A DNA stretch of 64,000 nucleotides from Octopus sinensis (taxonomy: Eukaryota), in NCBI RefSeq assembly GCF_006345805.1, contig NC_042998.1, forward strand, positions 107,756,001 through 107,820,000. The letters run 5' to 3'. A model generated the notes under the pieces. The model was given only the letters and a program-made list of their open reading frames with translations. It did no database searches and was not told where the DNA came from. Below are positions 1-10,287 of the stretch, piece by piece; the first letter of the stretch is position 1, and each line of letters starts with the position of its first letter. Made by a program: the position numbers and the translations under genes.

Positions 1-183
1 CATTTGAATTGTATTCCTTTTTGTGATGCACTAAATTGTTTCTTTTCTTGATATCACATATTTCTTCCAGTTTTTCCTCATTTTCTTTTTCCTCATGTGC
101 ATCTTCTTCCTTAACTGCTGGAAGGCTACAGTCTTTGATGTCATGCATAGGTTGAAAAACTGCAGATCTGTCTTCATTCAACA
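1..183 (-). CDS. Dynein heavy chain-like exon, truncated by the window edge (LNEDRSAVFQPMHD...KEYNSN)
   Basis: Acceptor gctttacag, phase 1 matches the previous exon, open to the window edge, charged low-complexity sequence. Confidence 0.75.
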
Positions 184-247
184 CTGTAAAGCAATGTTTA
201 AAATATTTTAATGCTCTTTCTCTTTCCCTGTATGTATATATGTATAT

Positions 248-301
<54 letters not shown>

Positions 302-403
302 ATCGTGTGTGTGTATTAGCAGTTTACTTCAAATAGCATTACTTAACATTTCACAAACAATTTTTTTTAATTAAGGCAACATAATGCCATTCAGAGTCAC
401 ACT

Positions 404-446
<43 letters not shown>

Positions 447-1276
447 CCAAAACATGTACTGTGCGCTCTTTTATTTCTCTACTTATTGGTGAGGGCAGCA
501 AATTGGATAAAATACTATCTGCATTATAATTCAAATCCTTTTGTCCTTAATTCTTCAGTGGGTGATAAAATAAAGTACCAGCCCAAGGAGGTGAATTGGT
601 ATCATTGTTAAAGCATCAGATAGGATGTTGTTGCAAGCATTTGGGCCAAGCCTCTGGGTCAAGAATAACTTCCCAGTTTCAATCCATCAGTTTCAGAAAC
701 CCTGGAAAAATAAAGGTCATACACATTGCCCATCCCTTCTTTACTAAGTGATGAATTAAATAATAAAAAAAAATTGATAATTTCCATACTTTACTGCTTT
801 GATTCAGAAGGGAGTTGTCATATGATTAATTAGTGTTATGAAGGATAACCACATGCAAAACGTAGGATGATCATAACTAGATTGCCTTTGACATATCTGT
901 CTGATAAGGATTAATCTGGAGCTAAAATGCAGCAACATATTTGACTCCAAGAGAATAAAAAGTAGTCATGCGACCTACTTGAAAAAGTAACCAAATCTTC
1001 AAGAACACTGTTGCCTCAAAAGAGGAAGAAAGTATCAAATTATGAAGGTTGAGAATGCAGTGCCTACTGCCCTTCTACCACCAACATGAAAAAAAAAAAG
1101 ACAGTCATGATTTGTACATATCTGATCATAACTCTTCTGAATCAGACCTGATCAGTGGCTAAGTAACAACATAAACAACTATCACTAAATATGAGTCAAC
1201 AGAATCACCCAAACCTTTCTATCATAGTTAAAAATAGTTGCAACCATTTCAACAAGGAAATAACATTCCTACTTAC

Positions 1277-1353
1277 TTTCAATGTTTGCTTTCTTTTCAG
1301 TTTCTAAATCTTCACTTTTGAAAAGAGGAAGACTGACAGATAACTTTGTTAAA
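1277..1353 (-). CDS. Dynein heavy chain-like exon (LTKLSVSLPLFKSEDLETEKKANIE)
   Basis: Acceptor tctttgcag, donor gtaagt, phase 2 to 1, open frame. Confidence 0.8.
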
Positions 1354-1448
1354 CTGCAAAGAAAACACCAATAATAAATGGAAAACCTTCAATAATAAAC
1401 ATTCTAGATTTTACTAAGTTATAGAATTCCAAGTGAAAAATTACTTAC

Positions 1449-1634
1449 AGAGAAAATTGGGAAAATGTTTCAATAATATAAATAACTTTCTTCATTTGAT
1501 GAATTAATGGATGTAGGTTTGAAAATATGGCTTCTTCATCATAAAAGGAAATTCCTTTCATTGTTCGGCAGAAATCATTGATGTTTGTTGTTGATGCTCT
1601 TTGTAGTTTGAGATTTGGATATGGCTGCAGAGAG
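1449..1634 (-). CDS. Dynein heavy chain-like exon (SLQPYPNL...FYDEEAIFSNLHPLIHQMKKVIYIIETFSQFS), alternative acceptors at 1634 and 1624
   Basis: Matches DHC_N1 'FDFSE..IFGKF..F..RL.KII.IF.T...YS.L'. Donor gtaagt, ends in phase 2. Confidence 0.85.
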
Positions 1635-1809
1635 CTGTATGCATAATATCAAATTAGATACCCAAGTAAGTATGTAAGTATAATATACATGTATATATTC
1701 CTATAGATGCACAAACACAGACTAATAATCATGATAGCTTTTTATATTTTGAAGATTATGCCACTGCAATTCTAAAGTGAAAGTTAGTTCTAAAATACCC
1801 AGTACAAAC

Positions 1810-1961
1810 CTCATGTCTAAGTCACACGTCCATTTTACATATGTTCTTGGTTCAGCAAACCCTTTAGCATTTAAACTGGCCATATCTGGCCCAAATATTC
1901 AAGTTATTTTATATTCAAATTGTCCAGATCTAGCCTCTCACGCCAGCCTCACAATGTCATT
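1810..1961 (-). pseudogene. Exon-like segment with two in-frame TGA (NDIVRLA*EARSGQFEYKIT*IFGPDMASL...CDLDM)
   Basis: Acceptor taatttttag, donor gtttgt, phase 0 to 2, fitting both neighbours. TGA at 1938-1940 and 1899-1901; the rest reads as protein-like. Confidence 0.5.
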
Positions 1962-2639
1962 CTAAAAATTAATAGTTACCTCCTCAAAATCTTAAAGCTA
2001 CAAGATAATGCATGATTAATTCAAAACAAAGTGAATAAGTAAGTATTACTTTCAACGGAAATTGAATACTAAAGGGTTAAATATGCTTGGATGAAATTGC
2101 CATCAGAATATTCGATATTAAATATTATATTCACTCCCACTTAATATAACTAATAGAGTTACATGGAAACAAATCATTTGGTAGTGCTTAAATTAAATCC
2201 ATGTCAATGAAGTTAATTGTCTATATTTAATAATTCTCTTTATTTAATCATGTACAGCAAAGCAACATATTCAATTTCATCACATGCAGTAATAATAACA
2301 AAAGAACACACTCTGACTTCACTGGCATATACACATCATTTCCTCCATAGTTTAATTATATCAAACACATTTTCTGACATGAAAAGCATATTTAAAAACT
2401 TAGCAAGGGAAGCAAATTACATAGCAACAATACAGAGACGATGCATTGTGAGGTTTGCTCAAGTTCCATATGGAGCAGTAATAATTCATGGTTACAATAA
2501 CTGATTTCAAGTCTTGTTAATAAGGGATTTAGAACTTATCATGGCCAGCCAGATAAGTGAATATTTCCTGTTTTATAAGTTCTTTATTTTCTATTTTGAT
2601 CTATAAATACAAAGCTTGTTTTCCATGTTGGCATAAGTT

Positions 2640-3850
2640 AGATGTTTTGACTGAAGCTGTTTCAGACTCTGTTTTGGCTTGGTTTCTATAGCTGAATGCC
2701 CTTCCTAATGCCAATCACTTCACAGAGTGTACTGGGTGTTTTTTTGTCACCAGTACAGGTACATTTTAGGTGTCACTGGCACATGTTCTTTTCACATGGC
2801 ACCTGCAATGGCCCTGACCACAATTCACTTAGCTTGACATGTCTTCCAAGCACAGCAAATAGCCGAAGTCGTACTCTCTTGTCATTACCTCCATGAGGTT
2901 CAACAACTGAAGATCATATTTCACCACCTCATCCCACATCTTCCTGGGTCTGCCCCTTCCATGGTTAAATATCAACACTTCTTTACATAATTTCCTCTTT
3001 CATACACAGCACAACACTATACCAGTGCAGTCTTCTCTCTTGCACACCACATCTGATGCCTCTAATACCAAATTTTTCTCTTAAAACACTCACACTCTGT
3101 TGTACAAGCTGGCTTTATTTCTTTCAAACCTTCACACATCCTCTGCAGTCATAGCCCATGTTTCACTGCCATATAGCATGGCTGTTCATACGCAGTATCA
3201 TACAATCTACCTTTTATTCTGACAGAAAGTCCCTTTGTTGCCAACAAAAGTTGTAGCTCTCTAAATTTTGTCCAGCCCATTCTTATACTAGTAGCTACAC
3301 TCTCAGAGCATCCTCTTCCACTGCTGACTTGGTCACCTAGGTGACAGAAGCTATCTACTTCTACTAAGTATTCCCCTGGGCATCTGAGGAGGTCTATTTT
3401 CTGTACATTCTTAGTGTTTATTGTACCTGCACATCTTTCACACAAAGACTACTTTCTCTGTTAACCTTCCTCTGATATTGCTCAAACAGGGCCATTCCAT
3501 TGAAATGATTTGTGATTTGTCTGTTTTCCTACTTGCTAGGGCTTTGATCTTTGCTAAATTTACTCTAAGGTCCACTGATTCCAGACCTTGCTTTCACACC
3601 AAAAATTTCTCCTGTAGTCCTGGTAGTGATTCAACTATAAGAACAAGGTCATCAATGTAGAGGAGCTCCCAAGAATAGTCAGTCTTAAATTCCTCTGTTA
3701 TAACCTGAAGGACCATGATAAACAAGAGTGGGGTGAGAACTAAGCCTAGGTGAACTCCTACCTGTACACTAAATTCATTGCTATACTTGTTGCCAACTTT
3801 CACCTTATTGACAACATCTCTGTACATGGCTTGTAAGAGTTTGCACAATG
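2640..3850 (-). mobile_element. Degenerate 5'-truncated RTE-clade LINE
   Basis: RT fragments 'FSVQVGVHLG..LTPLLFIMVLQVITEEFKT..WELLYIDDL' and 'VDSFCHLGDQV', plus the same 3'UTR as other copies. Confidence 0.85.
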
Positions 3851-4156
3851 TTAAATAAAATGCTGTAATGTGATATGCTTTTGATCTAAATATATTCTTA
3901 TTTCATATTTACTCACCAATTATAATTATCCATAAACAATATATATCATTGAAACCCATAATGTGACACAAAGAAATGAAATTTACTTTAAACATTAAAA
4001 ACTATAGCTTATGTATAACAAATCATATTTCAATAATTTTGTCAAGCATTGCAAGGAAAACAAAATTTTCCTCTTTTCAAAATTCTCATCACTGCATCAT
4101 CATCAACTAGTCTCAGTCTGATAACAATCATCCAATTTATCCTTCATCTTACTTAC

Positions 4157-4278
4157 ATATTTGAATGACTTTACCATCATATAAGATATACTCTCTTGAG
4201 TGCCTTTCATCCAGTTAATAAATATGTTTAAGCCTAGTTGTTTTAAGGCACCTCCTTCTTTCATCAGTTTGTTGCTTA
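4157..4278 (-). CDS. Putative dynein exon (SNKLMKEGGALKQLG...VKSFKY)
   Basis: Acceptor gatttcag, perfect donor gtaagt, open frame, phase 1 to 0. Confidence 0.6.
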
Positions 4279-4681
4279 CTGAAATCATCTATGACCATCT
4301 CAAGATATAATAATTTAAGAGTTATTGAGTAAAAAATTCAATGGTTCTGAAAAGCTACAGTGGTATTGCTTGGCATATCAATATTTCCAGTTGCTGACAA
4401 ATTGTAATCACATAGTTAAACTTCTGAGACCTTTCAGCTTTATTAGGCACAACTTTTGGTAATTTTGGGAAAAATCATTTTGCTGATAAAATCCTATTAC
4501 ATTTTGGTTCATGAACTTGGCACGCTAGTCTACTGATGCATGAAATTTCAGTGAGCTATTGTATTTTGAATTAGCAGAAGGCTGAAATACTTTGGTTCTA
4601 ACAGAGAGTTATGGACATAGTTAGCACACCCAAGCATATAGATCCTTTTCAAATTTCTTATAGGGTGAGATGGAAACTTGC

Positions 4682-4822
4682 CCAGCACGCTCAGGTTTTG
4701 GCATACTCTTTTGGGTGTGGTCTTTATTTTTTGGCCAATTCTTAAACACTATCTTAGACACTGAAAAGTTTCTTTCAGTTTTACAATTGTCATGCTCCTT
4801 CTCATATCCAATAAAATGCATT
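4682..4822 (-). pseudogene. Exon-like segment with in-frame TAG (CILLDMRR...FQCLR*CLRIG...LSVL)
   Basis: Acceptor atttacag, GC donor G|gcaagt, phase 1 to 1. TAG at 4749-4751. Confidence 0.35.
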
Positions 4823-4856
4823 CTGTAAATATTGAAAGTTTTGGAAATATAGTTAC

Positions 4857-5011
4857 ATATGAGAAGCACTTCTTGCAGCCAAAGAATTTCCTTGGTGAAC
4901 AAAAATACTTGTTTGCAACATGATGATAGAATCTCTGAAGGAGTTGGTCATTTGAATACAAGTATTTAATTGTTTATAAAGAGACTCTGTCACTGTTTTG
5001 TTAACTTGCAC
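4857..5011 (-). CDS. Dynein heavy chain-like exon (VQVNKTVTESLYKQLNTCIQMTNSFRDSIIMLQT...SASH), alternative donors at 4909 and 4857
   Basis: Strong acceptor tttttgttgcag and open phase-0 frame resembling the helix 'EKIL.AIKL...YQ..F'. Donors are A|gtattt (phase 1) and AT|gtaact (phase 2). Confidence 0.7.
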
Positions 5012-5049
5012 CTGCAACAAAAATGAATATATATTATATGTAAGTATAC

Positions 5050-5199
5050 GTAATGTTTATTGCCACACCAATATGGCTGTTTAATGTTACTACCATTTTT
5101 AACCCCAGGAAGAGCCTCCTCCAACTGGAAGAGGCTCTTCCTAGGGTTAAAAATGGTAGTAATATTGAACAGCCAAATTGATGTGGTGATAAACATTAC
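5050..5199. repeat. Palindromic hairpin or MITE relic (~67-bp arms, ~90% identical)
   Basis: Left arm aatgtttattgcc...aagagcctc versus right arm gaggctcttcc...gataaacatt; 7 differences by eye. Confidence 0.9.
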
Positions 5200-6690
5200 T
5201 TCTCAGTATAGTTACTACTTTCATCTCTTATAGAGATTTTCTAACTAGCTACCTTGCTTGTACATGAGTAGAATTATAAGCAAATAAATATAGTTTATAT
5301 CTATTTTAACTGATTGCGTCCTTTGACACCTTTTTCCTTTAGTGTTTTCATATGATGTCAAGAAAAACAAAATGTATATTTTTCTTTTATTCTTTGAAGT
5401 CTGACAGCAATTATGAGAAAAATTGTGGAGAAATTAACTGATGTTATTTGAAGAAATGTGACATAAAAATTCAAAGACCCACTTTTAGGTTATGAAATAG
5501 TGATACTCATCATTATTGTTTTACGTCCCCTTTTCCACGATGGTATAGGTTTGCTGAGTTTTCTGAAGCAATGTTTTACAGTAGAATGTTCTTCCTGTTG
5601 CTATGTCTTTTAGTTGCTTCTTATGACATGCAAAGATGCAATGTACTTATTCTAAAACTGGGATATATATGGTATTATCAATACTATTTTCTAACATAAG
5701 CACAAGGTTATGAATTTTAGAGTTGATTATCTTGTCTCCAGGACTTAACTGATACTTATTATATTAAAACCCTGGAAGGAAGACACATCAAGGTAATTAC
5801 ATGTGAATTGAATTTGGAATTATTAATTATGTCAATTCAGCATCCTTTTTTTTTTTTTACAGTTGATCAAAAACCAGGGAAAAGTGTTATATTTCAGACA
5901 AATGTGAGTCCCATAACCCAGCAAAGATGCAAGTTTAGGTTTTTGAGCCTAAAATGCTTTCATGGGAAGGTGCTTAATTAACTCTTGTCTTATTGAGTTT
6001 ATGATGATACAGGAGCCATTAACATCCTAATATATTGTGCAGCAGCTAAGTATCATCCATCATTCATAATATACTAGGTAATAACCAGTTACCAAACACA
6101 ATAATGCAATGATTAGTACCAGCCAATTAACAGCATAAACAAAGTAGTTAAAAGCCAGTCATTAACACTACAACAGATTAAGTATCATTCCTTAATGTCA
6201 TGATGGCTTCAGATTTAGGCAGAAGGCTAATTTCAAGGGAGTGGGTAAGTCAATTACATCAACTTCAATGTTCAACTGATATTTATTTTATTGAACTTGA
6301 AAAAATAAAAGATAACGTCAACCTCAGCAGAATTTGAACCCAGAACATGAAGAGCCAGAAGAAATGCCACTATGCATTTTGTTTGACTCACTAATAAGTC
6401 TACCAGTTTGTCACCTTACTCCTTAACATCACAATATAGTAGCTCAGTATCAATCATTAACATCATAATAAAATAGCTATGTATCCTCTATTAATAGTAT
6501 AATACAGTAGCTAAATACCATCCACGGACACTATAATAGGCTAAAGACATGAATATAGGAAAATGTTAAGATATCAGGACATCAAAAGAAAAAGAATCCC
6601 CAAGTGTCTGAATGATACAAACTGATATTCTTTTAAACAAACCACAAAGCCAATTTTGATAAGGGAATAAGTATAGTAATGGAATATTAC

Positions 6691-6818
6691 TTGGTAAAGT
6701 ACTGAGAGATGGAAAGTCAAGTTAATTCTTAACAGATTTGTAGTTAGAATGTAAAGAGATGATTGCTTAAAACAGTTGACACCACTTAGGTCTTCTTCAT
6801 ATTGTGGTAAAAGAAATT
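6691..6818 (-). CDS. Putative dynein exon (FLLPQYEEDLSG...VLYQ)
   Basis: Open frame, phase 1 to 0, donor gtaata. The acceptor (aaaaatag) is weak. Confidence 0.35.
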
Positions 6819-7404
6819 CTATTTTTATTGGTTTCAAATGTAATTAGGAAATAATAATAGTAGAAATGTAGAGCAAGTGAATCCAAAACCCTAGTATTAG
6901 ATCATGAAATATTGCTAATAATAATGACTTATCATTCTGGTACAAGATCATTAATTTGTAAGAGAGAAATATAATCAATCAAATCAATCTTAATACACAA
7001 CTGACACTTATTTTTATTGCTCATAGAAGAACGAAAGCAAGTTTAACATTAGAGGGATTTGTACTCAGATTATAAGCAATGTAATATGATACTGCAAAAC
7101 ATTTAGTTTGACAGTATTGTTTCTACCACTACACTGTTCTTGGAAGTGAAAATAATTTCTATCATCGGCACAAGGCCAAAAATTTAGTGGGAAAGAAACA
7201 ATCAATTATATCAACCTCATAACTTGACCACTGATTTAACAATGATAATAATTATTTCTGACATAGGTATAAGGACAGAAATTTATTGGGTAATGAACAA
7301 AAATTGATTCCAGTACTTGACTAGTACTTTATCAACCCCCAACCAGAAAGATAAAAAAGTCAACCCAAGTAGTATTTGAACTAAGAATGTGGAGACATAA
7401 ATAC

Positions 7405-7522
7405 CACAAGAGATTTTCTCTACCTCTGTACCATTTCTGCCAGACAATAGAGACATGGATCTAAACACTGGAGGTTGCTTTAGTCCATCCTTCTAGCCTT
7501 TCTCCCAGCTTACTATGTCATT
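7405..7522 (-). pseudogene. Exon-like segment with in-frame TAG (NDIVSWEKG*KDGLKQPPVFRS...)
   Basis: Acceptor gtttacag, donor gtattt, phase 0 to 1, fitting both neighbours. TAG at 7493-7495. Confidence 0.4.
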
Positions 7523-7646
7523 CTGTAAACATGCCACAATCAAGTTTAAGATTTAATTTTATCAAACCTTAAAATAAACCAAATCTCTCACATTCTTTGA
7601 GAAGCTGATATCAAATGGGAAAAAATATGAAGATTATGATTACAAC

Positions 7647-7790
7647 CTTATCTTTGCTACCAATGTTTTTCTTTTGCAGATGTAAAGAACAACTTTGTAA
7701 GATTTGTTTCCCAAATATATCTTCTCCATCAGGGCTTGTTGTACACAGCTTGATAAACTTCTTTATTATAATAGCTAGTTGGTTGGCAAT
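7647..7790 (-). CDS. Dynein heavy chain-like exon 5 (IANQLAIIIKKFIKL...GSKDK)
   Basis: Continues the DHC_N1 '...K|VTNQ' motif. Acceptor ttatcttag, donor gttgta, 144 nt, phase 0 to 0, no stop. Confidence 0.85.
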
Positions 7791-8344
7791 CTAAGATAAA
7801 AAAAAGAAGCAAAAACAAAACAAAACAAAAAGAAAACATAAGGAATATAGTGTTTATGCTGAATTAAATTAACTTTTTATTCAATATATACATGCTGGAT
7901 TGACAAATGCTCAGAAATTAGTGATTCACCATTGACTGCATTTTCATTCTTATTCACTGCGTTCACCTCTATCCCTATCTCTAATCATCTGTCACTTTCC
8001 TTTTGCAAGCTTCTGTCCACCGTTAATGCCTTGTCCCAATTCTTTCTTTTTTATTCCCACCTTTTTGTACATTGAGGGTATGCTCTGACATTTCATCTTC
8101 ATCCTTTCTCTCTTTCCAGCTGGGGTATAGTTACTCAACAGTAAGACACCTGTGCCAAACCCTCTATCATACTTTAGTCTCTCCTGCCTCAATACTGCTC
8201 CCCAACTCAGTCACGAGGTCTTGTCTTGCAAGTTACTTGGTAACTTCATTAGTATTGGTGCTATGAAAAAAAAGGATCCAGTATGTTCTGGAAGATCTGT
8301 AGAGCAAACCCTGGTTGGACAAAATCCTATCACAAACTTTCCAA

Positions 8345-9059
8345 GTCTAACTGAATGCAGAGAGTGAATATGTGCTCTTCTTTGCTGTTACATCTCATGA
8401 ATGAACCTTTTTTGAACTGAATAGTGACTGGTGACGAGAAATGGGTTCTCTATAAAAATGTCAAGTGCCAAAGACAGTGGGTAGGGAAAGGAGAAACACC
8501 GGCACCCCAAGCTAAAGAAGGTCTTCAGCCACGTAAGGTGTTGTTATCTGTTTGGTGGAATATAAAAGGTTTAGTCCACTTTGAACTTTTAAACCCAAAC
8601 CAAATGATAACAAAGGAGATCTACTGTGAACAGTTTGAGTGGCTTAAGTCAGTACTAGAAGAAAAATGACCATCCTTGGTTTCAAGACAAAAGGTGTTCT
8701 TCCATCAGGATAATGCTTGACCACATACAGCAAGGATGACATTCCAAAGGCTGGATCAGTTTGAATGGGAAATGATGCCCCACCTACCATATTCAACGGA
8801 CATTGCCTCATCTGATAATAATTTATTCTGTAGTCTTCAAAATCATTTGAATCGAAAAAGTATGAATTCTGTAGCTGAAGTCAGAACAGTGCTAGAGGAG
8901 TATTTTTCATCACAGACAACTAAATTTTGGAAGAGGGACTTTGCAAGTCTACCAGATAGATGGAAGAGCATTGTAGAAAATGAAGGAGAGTATATTTTAG
9001 ATTAAAAAAGAACTTCATTCATCTATAAAAATCCACATTATTTATGGGGTGACCCAATA
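8345..9059 (+). mobile_element. Mariner transposase relic (3' half, with right end)
   Basis: 'TGDEKW', 'KVLLSVWW', 'FHQDNA.PH', 'HLPYSTDIASSD..LF..LQ', 'LPDRWK..VEN.GEY'; broken by stops. Confidence 0.92.
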
Positions 9060-9159
9060 TATGAATAGACAGACATATAAACAAACTAGTATATGACCTT
9101 ATTATTCTATACTTGAAGCCTGTTGCTGATATTATCAATAAAAACATTTTTATTTTTAC

Positions 9160-9364
9160 CTTTTGTAAAAGAAGTGTCAAGAAACCAGATCTTGCAAAAT
9201 GTCTTGTTAGAGAATTCTGTTTTTTAATGGCAGCAATGATATTTGGTATTACAGTGTACATCACAAATTCTGGACAGCATGTATTTTGTAATTCCAGTAG
9301 ATGACTTTTAATAAACTCTAAATATTTCACTTTATCTCTTGACTCATTTATTGCTTCAGAGATC
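9160..9364 (-). CDS. Dynein heavy chain-like exon 4 (ISEAINESRDKVKYLE...IPNIIAAIKKQNSLTRHF...LLQK)
   Basis: Equivalent of the 'NEAKDNVKYL' motif of DHC_N1. Acceptor gtgtcag, donor gtaaaa, phase 2 to 0. Confidence 0.92.
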
Positions 9365-10113
9365 CTGACACAGAAGAAATAACAGAAATATTTTGTGTAT
9401 GAGAGAAAATTATAACCTCACACTTTAGTTATGAATAGCTTCAAAGATATGAACAGCAAGAAAATTACAGAAGATCAATATTCTGGAGAGAGAGAACTGG
9501 GAAAAGTAGCTAGCACAGGGGGAGGTGAATGCAATAAGGATGGCAAGAGGTTGAAGGACAAATGTATCAGAGTTATCTGAATGGTGGAGGTAAAGGATCA
9601 GCTAGTCTGAGGAACAGAGGCCACTATAGCAGTGTATTCGAACTCATACATATATTGCTTACTAGGCAAGTAATAAATAGATGATTCAAATCTTATCAGC
9701 TCTTTCTACCACAAAATGATGTTCATGTCTCATACCACTCACAATTTAATATACCATGCAACTAGCTTTTTCTAGATCAATTGTACCTATATTTCTCAAG
9801 CCAAAAGTTCAAAGTTACTATCAATCTTTTCCACATAAAAATTAAACTAAAAAGTATTCAGTAATCCTTCAGTCTAATGTTGAATTGTTTTTATTCATAA
9901 CCTCATGTAAAAAGAAACATAAATGTGTGCATGTGTGCATGCCCAAGAAAATATGTGTTGTTTATGATGTGTCCCATTAAGCCTTGTAACTTAGCTTTTT
10001 GAAAAATAATATTAGATAAAATAAATACTGGTATTGATATGATTGACTAAAGCCCTTTTGTACAATGAATGAAATCAGGAAAAGAGTAGAAAAATAATAG
10101 ATTAAAATATTAC

Positions 10114-10287
10114 CCAGAATCTACGAATTTCCATTTTCTTAACATTTTAGAGCGTCCAGCAACAAGACATGAAATAACTGATTTACATTCTTTACTCTTC
10201 AGTTGTTCAGTTATGTTTTCAAGAATTTCATACTTCCTTTTCCATTTCTTCAGTTCACTCAGTAGACCCAAGTTGTTCTCCAATGTC
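10114..10287 (-). CDS. Dynein heavy chain-like exon 3 (TLENNLGLLSELKKWKRK...QLKSKECKSVISCLVAGRSKMLRKWKFVDS)
   Basis: Matches the DHC_N1 motif GP..EL..W...EQLKS...KAVL..L.AAKSK.L..W. Acceptor ttttag, donor gtaata, phase 2 to 2. Confidence 0.9.

Noticed and set aside
1810-1961. Selenocysteine explanation for the dynein TGA codons
   Set aside because: Two of the four stops are TAG, dyneins are not known selenoproteins, and the 3'UTR (SECIS) is outside the window.
4823-4856. 34-nt intron joining ...SASHI to MHFIGYEKEH...
   Set aside because: Too short for a typical metazoan intron, and the resulting phase does not fit the 4278 exon.
7514-7522. 9-nt microexon AATGACATA|gtaagc
   Set aside because: Frame-preserving and it would avoid the TAG, but there is no independent support without RNA data.
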